Below, in pieces: positions 29,476 to 40,911 of a stretch of DNA of 64,000 nt; the first letter of the stretch is position 1, and each line of letters opens with the position of its first letter. Location of the stretch: the IMG/VR virus record IMGVR_UViG_3300017917_003822, positions 62,001 to 126,000 of that record; one strand, 5' to 3'. Under the pieces are notes generated by a model. That model was not told the origin of the DNA and did no database searches. It saw only the letters and a list, made by a program, of their open reading frames with translations. Made by a program: the position numbers and the translations under genes.

Positions 29476-31674
29476 ATGGCAAAAACACCATTTATAAGGC
29501 CTTTACAAGTTCAGGGTGGTACATTCTACACCTTTAGTTCGTCTGCGGAGGATCTTTCGTTCACTTTCAATAACTCGGTTAATAAATTTAGATTTTCTAA
29601 ATTTGCACTGTTAAATATACCCAACATAGATAATAGCTCCAATGCAGAGACCAATTACATTAGATTAAATGGTCCTGATAGTGCATTCCTAGATTGGGCA
29701 AATAGTACAGGTTTAATTATAACTGGTAACGGGAACATTGATTTTTCACAGAGTTTCCAAAGTTATTGTTTAAATTTGGAATCCACGATAACAGGGACTG
29801 ATGAATATGACTCTACGTTGAAACAAAATGTATCGGAAAGAGTTTTCTTTAAATGGTTAAGAGAAATTGGTGCTATTAGATTTAGAGCAGCTGATTCTGA
29901 TGAGGTTGTTTCTTCATTAGATCAAAACACGGTTACTGTTATTGACGGTCTTCCTGTTACACAGAAAAGATATGTCGAGGGTGACTCAACTCCGGGTACA
30001 ACGGGATCTTATGGACTTACCGGGGGTACATATAATAGAGTGGTACAGTATATTGGGAATCTTGATATAGTAAACTCCGTAAAAAATTCAACAAACACAT
30101 ATTCGGAGGTCTATGTTTATGTTCCAACTAAGGACGGTAACACACCAACGGTTCTTTTCAGGAATGTTGTTGATAGAAACTATTATCCAGATTATCAATG
30201 GAGCAACGATCCAGCAAATCCACTTAATGATGAATACCTATTTGGTAGAAATTATGACGAGACAAATCCTAGCGGGTTAACAAATTTAGCCATTTTTGAT
30301 GATGATGTACTAGGCTCTCCAACTTCCAGCTATATTGATACTGGGGTTACTGCTGCTTCTGTTCCTGGTAATTGGTATTCTCCAAGAGACACCGCGAATA
30401 CATATTTTACCGATTCTTCCTTTGTGGATCCTTCAAATTATATTATCACCAAAACTGATAATTCTAACAGTTTGACTTATGTTAGAAGTAAACTTGATTC
30501 GATAGGGATTGATTTCAATCCTAACTCATATCAGGGAATCATATCAGATCCAAATATATCAACGATAGAGGAATTCAATGCCACCGCAGATGCCTCAGAT
30601 TTTGAGTTTAACGCAGTTTTAATTTATTATGATGTGTATGATCCTGCAGTACCTACCGATGTGGCTACGAACTTATATGGAGTTTTATTCTTAGATGACG
30701 TTAACTCTGAGAGCGGAGATGTTTTCATACCTAGATTACAGAAATATAGACCTAATCCTGTTACCAAATTAAATGGTAACTCATACGGATTCAAGATAAA
30801 CTTAAAGTTTGATACTGACGTTGATCAGACCGGAGTGGAGCAAGCAATAAATGACTATTCCCCATTTTCACTTTCGATGTTCATGGATGCCATGAATGTT
30901 TTACAGGATGCCGCATCAACTTTAAATAATGCTAGTGTCGATTTCATAAATTTGAGTAATAGAGTTACGAATATTGAAAATATTACTCTATCATCACAAA
31001 CCGCTGCGAATCTTGAAAGAAGAATAGAGGGACTAGAACAAACATTAGCTGCTAATCAGGCTCTGTTTAATAACACCAGTTCTATAATGGAATTAATCAA
31101 TCAGAATTACGATCTGGTAAGAGCTATTATAAACAATCAGACTAGTGTGGAGGTTTCATACAATCTGGATTTATTTAAACAGGGATTGGGTATAAATCTT
31201 GACAGAAGCACTCCTAATGAGGTGACAGTCAACACCACAAACCAGGATTTTAATATAGGATCTGATTTAGGCAAGGGTACACTTACTCAAAACGGATCTA
31301 ATGAGATAACATTAATTAATTTCTCGAATTATTTTAAGCATGTAAATAATGGTAATCCTTTAACTTTAACCGGGGATCTTACCATAAGAATAAATGACAA
31401 TCCGGTAAACTGGAAGAATGGACAAAGATTCAGATTATCCTTTGGTGATATAGTCTATCCTGGAAATTATTTTATAAATATATTGACAAACTCACAGGGT
31501 AAATACCCTCTGGCTAATCCAAGCACAATTAGCTATTCTACAAGCATTATAACCCTAGACGAGTCTATGTTCGCTTCTCAGGATTATAGACCTGTAATAG
31601 ATATAGTTTGTATCGATTCGGAGAATCTAAGATTCCAAGTTGATATGATAGGAAAAAGCTTAACCAACAACTAA
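29476..31674 (+). CDS. Large structural protein with a coiled-coil segment
   Basis: 732 aa within the structural operon; LERRIEGLEQTL heptads. Confidence 0.5.
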   Translation: MAKTPFIRPLQVQGGTFYTFSSSAEDLSFTFNNSVNKFRFSKFALLNIPNIDNSSNAETNYIRLNGPDSAFLDWANSTGLIITGNGNIDFSQSFQSYCLNLESTITGTDEYDSTLKQNVSERVFFKWLREIGAIRFRAADSDEVVSSLDQNTVTVIDGLPVTQKRYVEGDSTPGTTGSYGLTGGTYNRVVQYIGNLDIVNSVKNSTNTYSEVYVYVPTKDGNTPTVLFRNVVDRNYYPDYQWSNDPANPLNDEYLFGRNYDETNPSGLTNLAIFDDDVLGSPTSSYIDTGVTAASVPGNWYSPRDTANTYFTDSSFVDPSNYIITKTDNSNSLTYVRSKLDSIGIDFNPNSYQGIISDPNISTIEEFNATADASDFEFNAVLIYYDVYDPAVPTDVATNLYGVLFLDDVNSESGDVFIPRLQKYRPNPVTKLNGNSYGFKINLKFDTDVDQTGVEQAINDYSPFSLSMFMDAMNVLQDAASTLNNASVDFINLSNRVTNIENITLSSQTAANLERRIEGLEQTLAANQALFNNTSSIMELINQNYDLVRAIINNQTSVEVSYNLDLFKQGLGINLDRSTPNEVTVNTTNQDFNIGSDLGKGTLTQNGSNEITLINFSNYFKHVNNGNPLTLTGDLTIRINDNPVNWKNGQRFRLSFGDIVYPGNYFINILTNSQGKYPLANPSTISYSTSIITLDESMFASQDYRPVIDIVCIDSENLRFQVDMIGKSLTNN

Positions 31675-31695
31675 TAAAACAAATAACCAAAAGAA

Positions 31696-34600
31696 ATGGC
31701 AGGAACACAAAATACAATAAGTTCTTTAGTAGCACAGTTTTTAAGACTTCAAAAAAACTCCCTTGAGATCATCAATGGTTTAAATGAGGTTGCTGTTTCT
31801 ACCAACAACACGGTAAGTATAGAAGTTCTGGACGAACAAGGATTACCTAAGAATGCAAACGTACCTTCATATGGGTATCTAAGTGGTGAAATACAGAGAC
31901 TTGATAATAATATAAAATCCCTGGCAGGGATTGGTGATTCTTCAGCAACCGTAAGAAATCCCGATGGTACTTACTCTCAGGTATTCAAATATCAAACTCT
32001 AAAGGAGCCACCTAGATTAACTAATCTATCAGTTCCTAGCACATTTGGTGTTAAGGATAACTGGTTCTTTGAGAGTTTTCTTAGTCCACTTCTTTATGTT
32101 AATATAAACGTTACAGGTCAAATTGCAGACTCTGATGATAGAATTGTGGTTAAGAGAATTATAGCAAACACTCAGACAGAGGAACAAAAATCCTATTTTG
32201 ATCAGCAGCTTAAGGGTAGAAATGATTTATCATACGAACAATTTATACAGGCACTTGGTGATAATGGTATTGGTTATTTTGTGGATGAATCTATAGAGCA
32301 ATTGCCGTTAAGAACAATAAGATACATTGGAGGATTCGGGGTTCTTAGTTATTATGACGACACCGTATCTTTAACTGACCAAAACGGAGCAACAATACAG
32401 GAAGTTAGAAGAAACTATAAGTTAGATAAATTGACTTATACAGACACTCTTACGAACGTAGTAGACGGTAAGAGCTTGGATGTCGGAGATAAGGTAGCAA
32501 CTCAAGATGGTAGTTTATATCAGATAACATCAATAGATAGAGACCAAGCTTCAATCCAGGCTAAAAGAGTATCTGGATATCAACCAATTCAAATAGGTGC
32601 AAATTCCTTAACAATATCATCAACCGACTTCGGCCCAAGATATGTCCAAGTTAATGTCGGATACGACGAGAGACAGGGGATTTTCTTTAAAACAATAGAC
32701 GATAATTTTAACATCGTAAGTGCCGTATGGTCAACGAGTATAATCTTTTGGAGTAATGAACTTACTACGAAAAATTCCGATGGTGAAATAGTTACTTTGG
32801 AAAACTATTACTTAACTCAGGTTTCTGATTTAGGTAAGGTATTTTTGGGCACAGCCAAGGAAAATAAAATTCCTGCCATACAGGGACTTTTACCCGACGC
32901 TCCTTTATTAACTGAGGAAAGCTTCAAGGTAGTACAAATAAATAGACAAGTAACACAATCCACTTCGATTAAAGTTGTTGAAGATAAGCTCAACATTAAA
33001 ACAACTTTAAAGAGTGAGATTGACGCTCTAGATGAAGCTATAAGTGAAGCTCAACTTCAACTTAATACAGGTTTATCTAGATCTGATGCATATTCAGGAG
33101 GACGTAACCAGTTCATTTTAAGTCCTGATGCCTCTTTTGGAACATCGGAGGGTGGATCTGGCTTTAATACAAGAATCAGAGATTATGTTATTGATAGCCC
33201 ATTAACAGCTCCAAGGGGTGTTAATATAGCTTCAATCAGAGCAAATCTTAATAGTCTTATTGACGAGAGAACAAAGAAAGCCCAGCTTTATGCTTCATTG
33301 GTTGACGAGGTTACCACACTGGTTCAGGACGTACCTCAAATAGTAACTCCACCAAAATATAGAGTTAGAGGATTTTGGCCAATCCCAGCACCGAAGGTCG
33401 ATCCTTCAACCGGTCCTCAGCAAGTAATCCAGTTTTCTGTTAGATATAGATATTTGTCTGATAGCGGAGCAGCACAACCATCAGATCAGATAGAATTCGT
33501 TGATAATGACGGTTTAAAGAAAAACGCAGCATTTTCCAACTGGACCGAATATAAGACGGATATTAGAAAGAAAGTATATGATGAAAGCAGAGGAATTTAC
33601 GTTTGGGCCGATGAGATAACATCGGATTCTGACGTTCAAAATATAAATCAGCTTGATATTGCTATAACTAAGGGCGAAAGATTGGAGATACAGGTGGCTT
33701 CTATTTCTGAAGCTGGATGGCCAGATAACCCACTAACATCAGACTATTCTCAATCTGTTACTATATCTTTCCCTGATGATCTTAGTGTTGAGGGAATCTC
33801 AACAACATTGAGACAAAATAATGAAGATGCAGCTGTTGTTAAGGTTCAAAGAAATCTTGATGCACAAGGATTACCTAGCCATCTTTCTCAGCAATTTACT
33901 TCTGGTGATAGAACTTATTATCACGACGCAACAGGAATTGCCAGTGGATTCTACAATAGCGCTGGTGCTGTTATAAATTTATTTGATAAATTAACTGAGC
34001 TCCAAAATCAAATATCGATGTTGTCATCTCAGATAACTACAGCTAAAGGTGTTCTTGAAATTTATTTGGTTGATTCGAGTAATAATAAGATTAAAGTTTC
34101 TAGAGGATCTACAGTTAAAATAACTGCAGGCTTCTATAGCGATATATTCTCAGATCCCCTTGCTTCCGATGCTGGTAAAATAGCTTCATTTACTTACAAT
34201 ATTCAGTTGTTTAATTCTAAGGCATCAGCGGTTGAGCTTGCTTCTGTTATTCCTGGTGGTTTAACTCTTAGAGCTCCGTCAACAATAGCTCCTCAAAATT
34301 ATCCGGTTGGATATGATGATAATTTAAGATATGGTGACTGCCCTATTTCAATAACATCTTTAGTTTTGGCTGATAGCTCCATTATTAATAATGCATATTA
34401 TAGACAGGCTCCTCCATTTGCTTCAGCAAATTCATATTCTCAGTACATTTACCCTAGATACAGAAGCGTTGGTTACGATCAGCAGCTATATACCGGTAAT
34501 AACTTAGGATCCAGCTTTTCTACTAATTTTAGTGCTTCATATGCTTATGATGGTGGTTTAAATACGGTTAATTTTGGACAGTCTGGGGTATACCCTCAGA

Positions 34601-35361
34601 ATGGTACGATTATGATTCCTTATGACCCAGCTTCAACCCCATCTACAGTTTCTGGTGCTACTGGATCTAATATTTGGAACGGAACATTCTCTGGGGTTAC
34701 TGGAGGTACACCTAATGGTGGTGGGGTAATCTCCGAATTTTGTATCGACAAGAGACACCCGCATCTAGCTTCAGTAGGAAACTCATCATCATTCGTTGAT
34801 TATGCTGATATGGTTAAACCTTATGCTGCATCAAACAAAGTTTATCCGCCATTTAGACACACTCAAACTTTCTGGGGAGATACAACTCTTGATTATTATT
34901 GGGTACAACAATCTTACAGAACTCCAATAACGTTTGCAACTGGTGCAACTGCATCTAGAGACGATAGGATGTATCCTGATAAGTTAGGATTCACCGCAAA
35001 TGACGAATTCTTAATAGGTAAGTATTCATGTGGTTCCTACTTATATTTAGGTCCTCCTTCAGCATCTTCTCTTCAGGTACAGGGTACAACATCACTTTCA
35101 ACAAAAACGTTAAATGATGGAGAGTCAAATGCAATAAACGTTCCATTAATTTTCCAATTTAGAGCGGTCGATAAAGCTGGATACATTGGTGGCTGGAGAA
35201 AATCAGGAAACCTTACGAACATAACATATTCCAAAAAAATAGGGGTGGATGTACAGGTTCAGAATGAGGATTCATTCTCGTTTGATGTTCAGGTAGCTGG
35301 ATCTTACAAAAATGATACATTAGTTGCACCTAACTTCGACAGCGGTCTTAGTACGGTTTAA
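31696..35361 (+). CDS. Large structural protein (baseplate/tail)
   Basis: 1221 aa with coiled-coil segments and an FN3-like part (SNWTEY; QVASISEAGWP). Confidence 0.5.
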   Translation: MAGTQNTISSLVAQFLRLQKNSLEIINGLNEVAVSTNNTVSIEVLDEQGLPKNANVPSYGYLSGEIQRLDNNIKSLAGIGDSSATVRNPDGTYSQVFKYQTLKEPPRLTNLSVPSTFGVKDNWFFESFLSPLLYVNINVTGQIADSDDRIVVKRIIANTQTEEQKSYFDQQLKGRNDLSYEQFIQALGDNGIGYFVDESIEQLPLRTIRYIGGFGVLSYYDDTVSLTDQNGATIQEVRRNYKLDKLTYTDTLTNVVDGKSLDVGDKVATQDGSLYQITSIDRDQASIQAKRVSGYQPIQIGANSLTISSTDFGPRYVQVNVGYDERQGIFFKTIDDNFNIVSAVWSTSIIFWSNELTTKNSDGEIVTLENYYLTQVSDLGKVFLGTAKENKIPAIQGLLPDAPLLTEESFKVVQINRQVTQSTSIKVVEDKLNIKTTLKSEIDALDEAISEAQLQLNTGLSRSDAYSGGRNQFILSPDASFGTSEGGSGFNTRIRDYVIDSPLTAPRGVNIASIRANLNSLIDERTKKAQLYASLVDEVTTLVQDVPQIVTPPKYRVRGFWPIPAPKVDPSTGPQQVIQFSVRYRYLSDSGAAQPSDQIEFVDNDGLKKNAAFSNWTEYKTDIRKKVYDESRGIYVWADEITSDSDVQNINQLDIAITKGERLEIQVASISEAGWPDNPLTSDYSQSVTISFPDDLSVEGISTTLRQNNEDAAVVKVQRNLDAQGLPSHLSQQFTSGDRTYYHDATGIASGFYNSAGAVINLFDKLTELQNQISMLSSQITTAKGVLEIYLVDSSNNKIKVSRGSTVKITAGFYSDIFSDPLASDAGKIASFTYNIQLFNSKASAVELASVIPGGLTLRAPSTIAPQNYPVGYDDNLRYGDCPISITSLVLADSSIINNAYYRQAPPFASANSYSQYIYPRYRSVGYDQQLYTGNNLGSSFSTNFSASYAYDGGLNTVNFGQSGVYPQNGTIMIPYDPASTPSTVSGATGSNIWNGTFSGVTGGTPNGGGVISEFCIDKRHPHLASVGNSSSFVDYADMVKPYAASNKVYPPFRHTQTFWGDTTLDYYWVQQSYRTPITFATGATASRDDRMYPDKLGFTANDEFLIGKYSCGSYLYLGPPSASSLQVQGTTSLSTKTLNDGESNAINVPLIFQFRAVDKAGYIGGWRKSGNLTNITYSKKIGVDVQVQNEDSFSFDVQVAGSYKNDTLVAPNFDSGLSTV

Positions 35362-35391
35362 TTTTATTAATAAATTTTAAGAATTTAATAT

Positions 35392-38300
35392 ATGTCCGGA
35401 GCAAAGCTTTTTGATTATAATTCATCCTTCGCCGTTATAAGAACAAATCCCAAGCTAACTGGGAATTTGAAAATAACGGTGGAATCCAATAACAGAGTTA
35501 GTTTTAATTCTCTTAGTGTTAACTCAACGCTTAGTAATGATAGATTTAAGAATTTTAATATTACTGGAGAGAATAGTTTTGCTTTGGATGTTTTTAATTT
35601 TTTTGATAAAGGAACAACTCCAGCTTCAGCGATATTTCAGGTTGGTGAGTTCACCAGGGGATCTAGAGAACCTGCAAAGCAATTTGGCGAGCAGTATGAC
35701 TTTTTTTATGCTAGCGGTGCATCTGCCTTAGCCGATAAAAATTACTCTGAGTCTTTTAGCTACTTTGCCCCTCTATGGATAAAGAATGAAATTCCCGATT
35801 ATTTTGTTATATTCAAGGTTCCTGGTGCTGTTAGTTATCCATACTCCACCAATCAAACAACAATTTCAAGCTCGTTAAAGTACAAGCTAGTTCAAAACTA
35901 CGACAGTCCTGAGGTTTTTAAAATCACGTACGGAAGAGACCCATCAGGAAATGATGTTGTTTATTCTGCCGGTGATATTTTTACTGGATCTAGTAACTAT
36001 AATTCCTACACGATTCTTTCTGGTAGTGGTATAGTCGTTCTTTTCGATGAATTGGCAAATTTACCTCTGGTAAATGACGTAGAATCACTTTTTAATAGCA
36101 AGATAATTCCGAATCTTTCTGTCGTAAAAACATTTGATATAGGAGAAAATAGTAAAATTGGAAAATATATCAGATCTATATTTAATGATAAGCAGTTTTC
36201 CAAATCACCAATGGAAGTTAGCTGGGGACCTAATTCCTATACATATTTTAACGGAGTTTCAGTTTCCGATGGTATATTTACCAAGAAGGGAGAGATCTTA
36301 ACTTCATATTATACCAGCGATTCTTCCGATAAGATGATGGATTTTGAGTCATATATGACTTCCGGATTTTCTAGAAATAATATAATATGTCCAAATCTTC
36401 TGAATCTTGAGTTCCTATTCGATGATCCTGATTCTGATATGTACACCATTAACAGATACATGGGATTCTATGTTTCTAAAAATGACATGGCCTCATTTAG
36501 ATTAAATGGTAATTTTTTCTATGAATATAGAAATCTGGAGGGTAATAACGATTCACCAAAACCATCAAGAAACTCTTTTGGTTATTATTATGATAATAAC
36601 AGCTACGGTGTAACTGCATCTACAGGAGTTAGACTTTTTTATGAAGAAGCAACAGGATTTCTTCCTGGTTCTAATGATGTTAATTTATTAAACCCACATA
36701 AATTATTTTATATCACTGACAAGGAAAATAATTTTTATACACTTAAGAGGGATGAGGGTTATTTGGTACCAGGTGGAAATTCACCGGCATATTCATATGG
36801 TCCTTTTAACAGTACAACCGGAGAATTTTCAGCAACTGGATCGACTGGTGCTACAATGGGATCCTTTGTGATACAAGATAATTTTGTAGATCTTCTATCT
36901 TTCACCGGTACTGATGTTAAAATAGCCACAGTTCCTGGAGTTCTTGCTAGCGAAGCTGGTAAAGCTTACTGCGATGTTGAGTTTCTTAAACCTTATGATT
37001 TAAATAAGCCTTTAACTTTTAAAATATATTGGCCAAATGGTAGAAGAACGGAGGGATCTAGAAAATATGACATTGTCCAATCAGAGGATCTTTCCGCTAT
37101 TTTAGTATGGGTTGCAGGATCTTATTATTCAACCGGATCCACCTTCTATTTTAATGCTTCGGCTGGTACTACTGAACAGATTGCTACTGGACTATCAAGT
37201 CTATTTGATATCGTGAATCCAACTACATGGGAAAGCGGATCCAATTTAAATACATCTATCATAAGATTGAAGGATTCGGGAACCTATGGAAACGAAGCTT
37301 ATTCCATAAGTGTTTTTGATGACTATGATTCGTTTACTTCTAGATACAGGGGAAATTGGTCAAATACAAGTGCATATGCTTCCGGTGATATTGTCCTTTA
37401 TAATGATATCTATTATTTGACAAACACCAACATAAGTTCACCCTCACCAGGTTCTTTTAATAACAACCCATCAATTTCTGGATGGAGTAGATACTCGACC
37501 TTTTCCAATTCTGGTTACATTAAAATAAACGGTATAGATGCATCACAAATAACTAGTAATGTACATTTTAATGGCGGAACTAGAACTAAAGATACTAGAG
37601 TTACCTTTCCTATTGAATATGATGGATTCGTTAAGCCTGGAAGTTTTATAAAAACGACCGAAGGATATTCTATCATAACATCGGTTACAAGATATGTGGA
37701 TTCACCTCAGAGGGATTCAGTTACCAATAAGATAACCGGATTTAATAATTTTAGCTATACTAAGGTTGCTAACATAGCAGATTATATACCGAATGACCTC
37801 TCTAGAAGAAACACCCTAACATATCCAAGAATAGAATTGGGGTCTGATCGTTCTTTTAATGTTTATGGAACACCTAAATTAAATGCTGGAGTTTTCACAT
37901 TTTTTGATACCAAAGAATTTGATTTCGATTTTTGGTCTTCCAATTATGGATACACCCCAACCCCGGAAACCTATAAATACTTTCAGCTTGAAGTTGGTGC
38001 AAGTGGATCAATTTCGCCCGGAATACCATATCTGGTAAAACAAGGGCAAGCAAATTACAATGGTTCCTTATATATTGAAGGTTCCATATTTTATGGTGTA
38101 ACCGGATCTAGCTTTTTTACTGATGCTAGTCCAAACTTATACAAGGAACTTGTTGTTTTTCCTGCACAGTATTCGGATATTTCTTATGATCCTATATTAA
38201 CGAATTACGGAAACCAAATAGGTTACAATGGTGATTTAAATGCATTTAATGGATTCATTGGAATTCAGAGTTTAGATCCACAGCCTATCCCGGCTTCAGC

Positions 38301-40908
38301 TTCTAAAACTCAAATATTCGAGAGGGGTAAACTCGAAACTGAATATGAATATCTGGAGGAGAATTACACCCCAGAAAGAGCTAATGTTTCCAGAATAGTT
38401 CCTTTTATCAATAAGTGGGTTTATACTTCTGGAACTGATGCTAGAGGTAATTCATACAGGCTAAATCTTAGTCCAGCTTTTACTCCGACAAATTTTTCAC
38501 CTAGTATTGATAAGAATATACCCGATTCTAGATATATTACCCATGAGTGGTTCTTATTAGAGGAACCGCCCAGACAGTTCCCTGTCAATGAAATGCAAAA
38601 TCAGAACAGTTATCTTGCGGGTAAGATAGATCTCGACAAAGCAAGAAGTGCTGATCCTGCAGATTCACTTTATTTATCATCATATTTTACTGTTGAACCC
38701 CAGGATTATGCATCGGAATATGTTGATCCGAAAGCATATACCAAGGAGTTATTCACGCCTCTGACATATAATAAATCTAATGGATATTATGAAACTCTTT
38801 TTAGAGGAGTAAAAGTCTATCTAAAGAAAAGATCAAATCTTTCTAATTCGGTTGCGGATTCACTTGACAAATATATTCCACAATACAGAGGATATGAAGA
38901 TTATAAATTTGCTGCAATATTAAGGGCCGTACCTGAGGATGATTCAATTATACAGGATCCGGTAAGTTACGAGGTTATAGAAAATTCCCAACAAAAGTTT
39001 GTTCTTTTTGTTTGTAATGTTCTTATGAGGGATTATAAATCTCTTCCTCTTGGATATACCGGAGGAACAGGAGGAACCCCACAATTGGACTATACTCTTT
39101 TATATTCGTTAAGTAACAAAGAAAGCCTAAAATCTACACTGATCACGGGGGAAAGACTCTATGATATTGCTGACATTAAACTAAGTTCGGCTCTGGATCT
39201 ATCATTATCTTCGGGAAGTATAGTTAATACCACAATAAGTCCTGGTATCATAAATTACATACCTAGCGCAACATACGATACCGACTTGAGAGAGGAAATT
39301 CACACATTCTTTGTGGAAAATTCTGTTGGTGCAACTGCGGGACCAGATCCTACAGGAAGAGGAAGTTTTATTGTTCCTGGTATAGCTGGTAGTCCAACTT
39401 ATCCTTGGCCGATAGGTGTCGGTCCAAATTATATTGAATTTGGAAGAGTAGCAACGGGATCTGCTTCCTACATATTTAATATACCTTTTTCTGCTGCCGA
39501 TCCGGTGACGGTTCCGGTTGGACCTTCTTCCGTTTATCGAAATAATCCAGTTTTTCAAATTCAGGGAGGAGAAAGTTACTATGATTCGATATTGCAGAGG
39601 ACTTCTGTTGCTGACATTGCTAGAAGAGTTAATTCAAGCTCAACATACATTAGATATCGAACTTATGTTTGGGATCCAATTAACTCAGTTACTGTTGAAA
39701 GAAATAATGATTTTGAGCTTTATATAGAAAAACCAACAAGACTAGTTAAAACAAGAGGGACTAGAACTTCTAAGTTTTATGGCGGACCACAAACAATAGG
39801 AGAATCTACGCCAACCGGATATATTATGCAATCCAATCAAAATCTACCGTCCACACTTCTGAGATATTCGGGTGGATATGAGCCTATATTTAGAAAAGTG
39901 GTTCATTTTGATAATGATAAATCCGATAAGATTTACGGATACAATCAGATGGATCTGTCCTTTAGAAATTGTAATTTTGCACCAAATAAATATTATTTTG
40001 GGGTATCTAGAAACCTACAATTTACTAAAGTTTCACTGGACAATAATATTCTCTCGTTGAGTCAAAATTTACCTGAAGGACCAGTTTATCCTCTTGTTGG
40101 TCAGTCACCAATATGGAAGAAGGATTTTAATTTATTCTCTTCATCTTGGGATCCTGGATATTATCAGCAATTTACGGGTGCAGAAACTTATGTTGATGTA
40201 GCAGGTACTAGATCAATGAAGGAATTTAAATCTTTCTTTGGTTCTAAAATAATGAAAACCCCTGACCCTGTACAGTTTAATAATTACATAACATTACAGA
40301 TTTCTAGAACAACCGGTTCTTCCGATGTTGCTTCTGTAAATGAAATGATAAATTCTTATTTGGCTCCGATACAGTCAATAACCCCTTCAAACTCGTCTTC
40401 CGGTATAGGTAGTGTTGGACCATATCTTTCTGGAGTTGATTATAATAAGTTGGATCTATCTATATTCCCTGATGCTGAGTTAATTTGGCAATATTTTCCA
40501 GAGACTAATTCAATTAGGGGTATAATAAGACTTGATAGAATGTTAAGGAGATATCTTCTTAATTCAGGTATAAAACAGACTTTTATAGACAATATCATAT
40601 CTGATTTTGGTGTTGGTGATCCGGATTCCATAAACGATGATGTAAATGCTTATATTGATTTAAACGTTTCCCCGTTATATCAGGGTAATATATTTGATAT
40701 GTACGTCAAGAAGTCGTCTGAACCTCTGAACCAAAATTACATGGTTAGAGGGGACATAGCAAATTCCGAAAAATATAAGCTGGAATTTTTCAATGAACCA
40801 AACTATAAATTAACAAAAAATAGGGATTTAATTTACGATTTTGAGTATAATCTAGAAACAAATTATAACTACTCATTATTATTTAATCTTGGAATAACTA
40901 AAATATAA
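35392..40908 (+). CDS. Very large structural protein with a CBM5/12-like module
   Basis: 1838 aa; WSNTSAYASGDIVLYNDIYY...W near 37350-37490 is a chitin-binding type 3 signature. Confidence 0.55.
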   Translation: MSGAKLFDYNSSFAVIRTNPKLTGNLKITVESNNRVSFNSLSVNSTLSNDRFKNFNITGENSFALDVFNFFDKGTTPASAIFQVGEFTRGSREPAKQFGEQYDFFYASGASALADKNYSESFSYFAPLWIKNEIPDYFVIFKVPGAVSYPYSTNQTTISSSLKYKLVQNYDSPEVFKITYGRDPSGNDVVYSAGDIFTGSSNYNSYTILSGSGIVVLFDELANLPLVNDVESLFNSKIIPNLSVVKTFDIGENSKIGKYIRSIFNDKQFSKSPMEVSWGPNSYTYFNGVSVSDGIFTKKGEILTSYYTSDSSDKMMDFESYMTSGFSRNNIICPNLLNLEFLFDDPDSDMYTINRYMGFYVSKNDMASFRLNGNFFYEYRNLEGNNDSPKPSRNSFGYYYDNNSYGVTASTGVRLFYEEATGFLPGSNDVNLLNPHKLFYITDKENNFYTLKRDEGYLVPGGNSPAYSYGPFNSTTGEFSATGSTGATMGSFVIQDNFVDLLSFTGTDVKIATVPGVLASEAGKAYCDVEFLKPYDLNKPLTFKIYWPNGRRTEGSRKYDIVQSEDLSAILVWVAGSYYSTGSTFYFNASAGTTEQIATGLSSLFDIVNPTTWESGSNLNTSIIRLKDSGTYGNEAYSISVFDDYDSFTSRYRGNWSNTSAYASGDIVLYNDIYYLTNTNISSPSPGSFNNNPSISGWSRYSTFSNSGYIKINGIDASQITSNVHFNGGTRTKDTRVTFPIEYDGFVKPGSFIKTTEGYSIITSVTRYVDSPQRDSVTNKITGFNNFSYTKVANIADYIPNDLSRRNTLTYPRIELGSDRSFNVYGTPKLNAGVFTFFDTKEFDFDFWSSNYGYTPTPETYKYFQLEVGASGSISPGIPYLVKQGQANYNGSLYIEGSIFYGVTGSSFFTDASPNLYKELVVFPAQYSDISYDPILTNYGNQIGYNGDLNAFNGFIGIQSLDPQPIPASASKTQIFERGKLETEYEYLEENYTPERANVSRIVPFINKWVYTSGTDARGNSYRLNLSPAFTPTNFSPSIDKNIPDSRYITHEWFLLEEPPRQFPVNEMQNQNSYLAGKIDLDKARSADPADSLYLSSYFTVEPQDYASEYVDPKAYTKELFTPLTYNKSNGYYETLFRGVKVYLKKRSNLSNSVADSLDKYIPQYRGYEDYKFAAILRAVPEDDSIIQDPVSYEVIENSQQKFVLFVCNVLMRDYKSLPLGYTGGTGGTPQLDYTLLYSLSNKESLKSTLITGERLYDIADIKLSSALDLSLSSGSIVNTTISPGIINYIPSATYDTDLREEIHTFFVENSVGATAGPDPTGRGSFIVPGIAGSPTYPWPIGVGPNYIEFGRVATGSASYIFNIPFSAADPVTVPVGPSSVYRNNPVFQIQGGESYYDSILQRTSVADIARRVNSSSTYIRYRTYVWDPINSVTVERNNDFELYIEKPTRLVKTRGTRTSKFYGGPQTIGESTPTGYIMQSNQNLPSTLLRYSGGYEPIFRKVVHFDNDKSDKIYGYNQMDLSFRNCNFAPNKYYFGVSRNLQFTKVSLDNNILSLSQNLPEGPVYPLVGQSPIWKKDFNLFSSSWDPGYYQQFTGAETYVDVAGTRSMKEFKSFFGSKIMKTPDPVQFNNYITLQISRTTGSSDVASVNEMINSYLAPIQSITPSNSSSGIGSVGPYLSGVDYNKLDLSIFPDAELIWQYFPETNSIRGIIRLDRMLRRYLLNSGIKQTFIDNIISDFGVGDPDSINDDVNAYIDLNVSPLYQGNIFDMYVKKSSEPLNQNYMVRGDIANSEKYKLEFFNEPNYKLTKNRDLIYDFEYNLETNYNYSLLFNLGITKI

Positions 40909-40911
40909 AAT

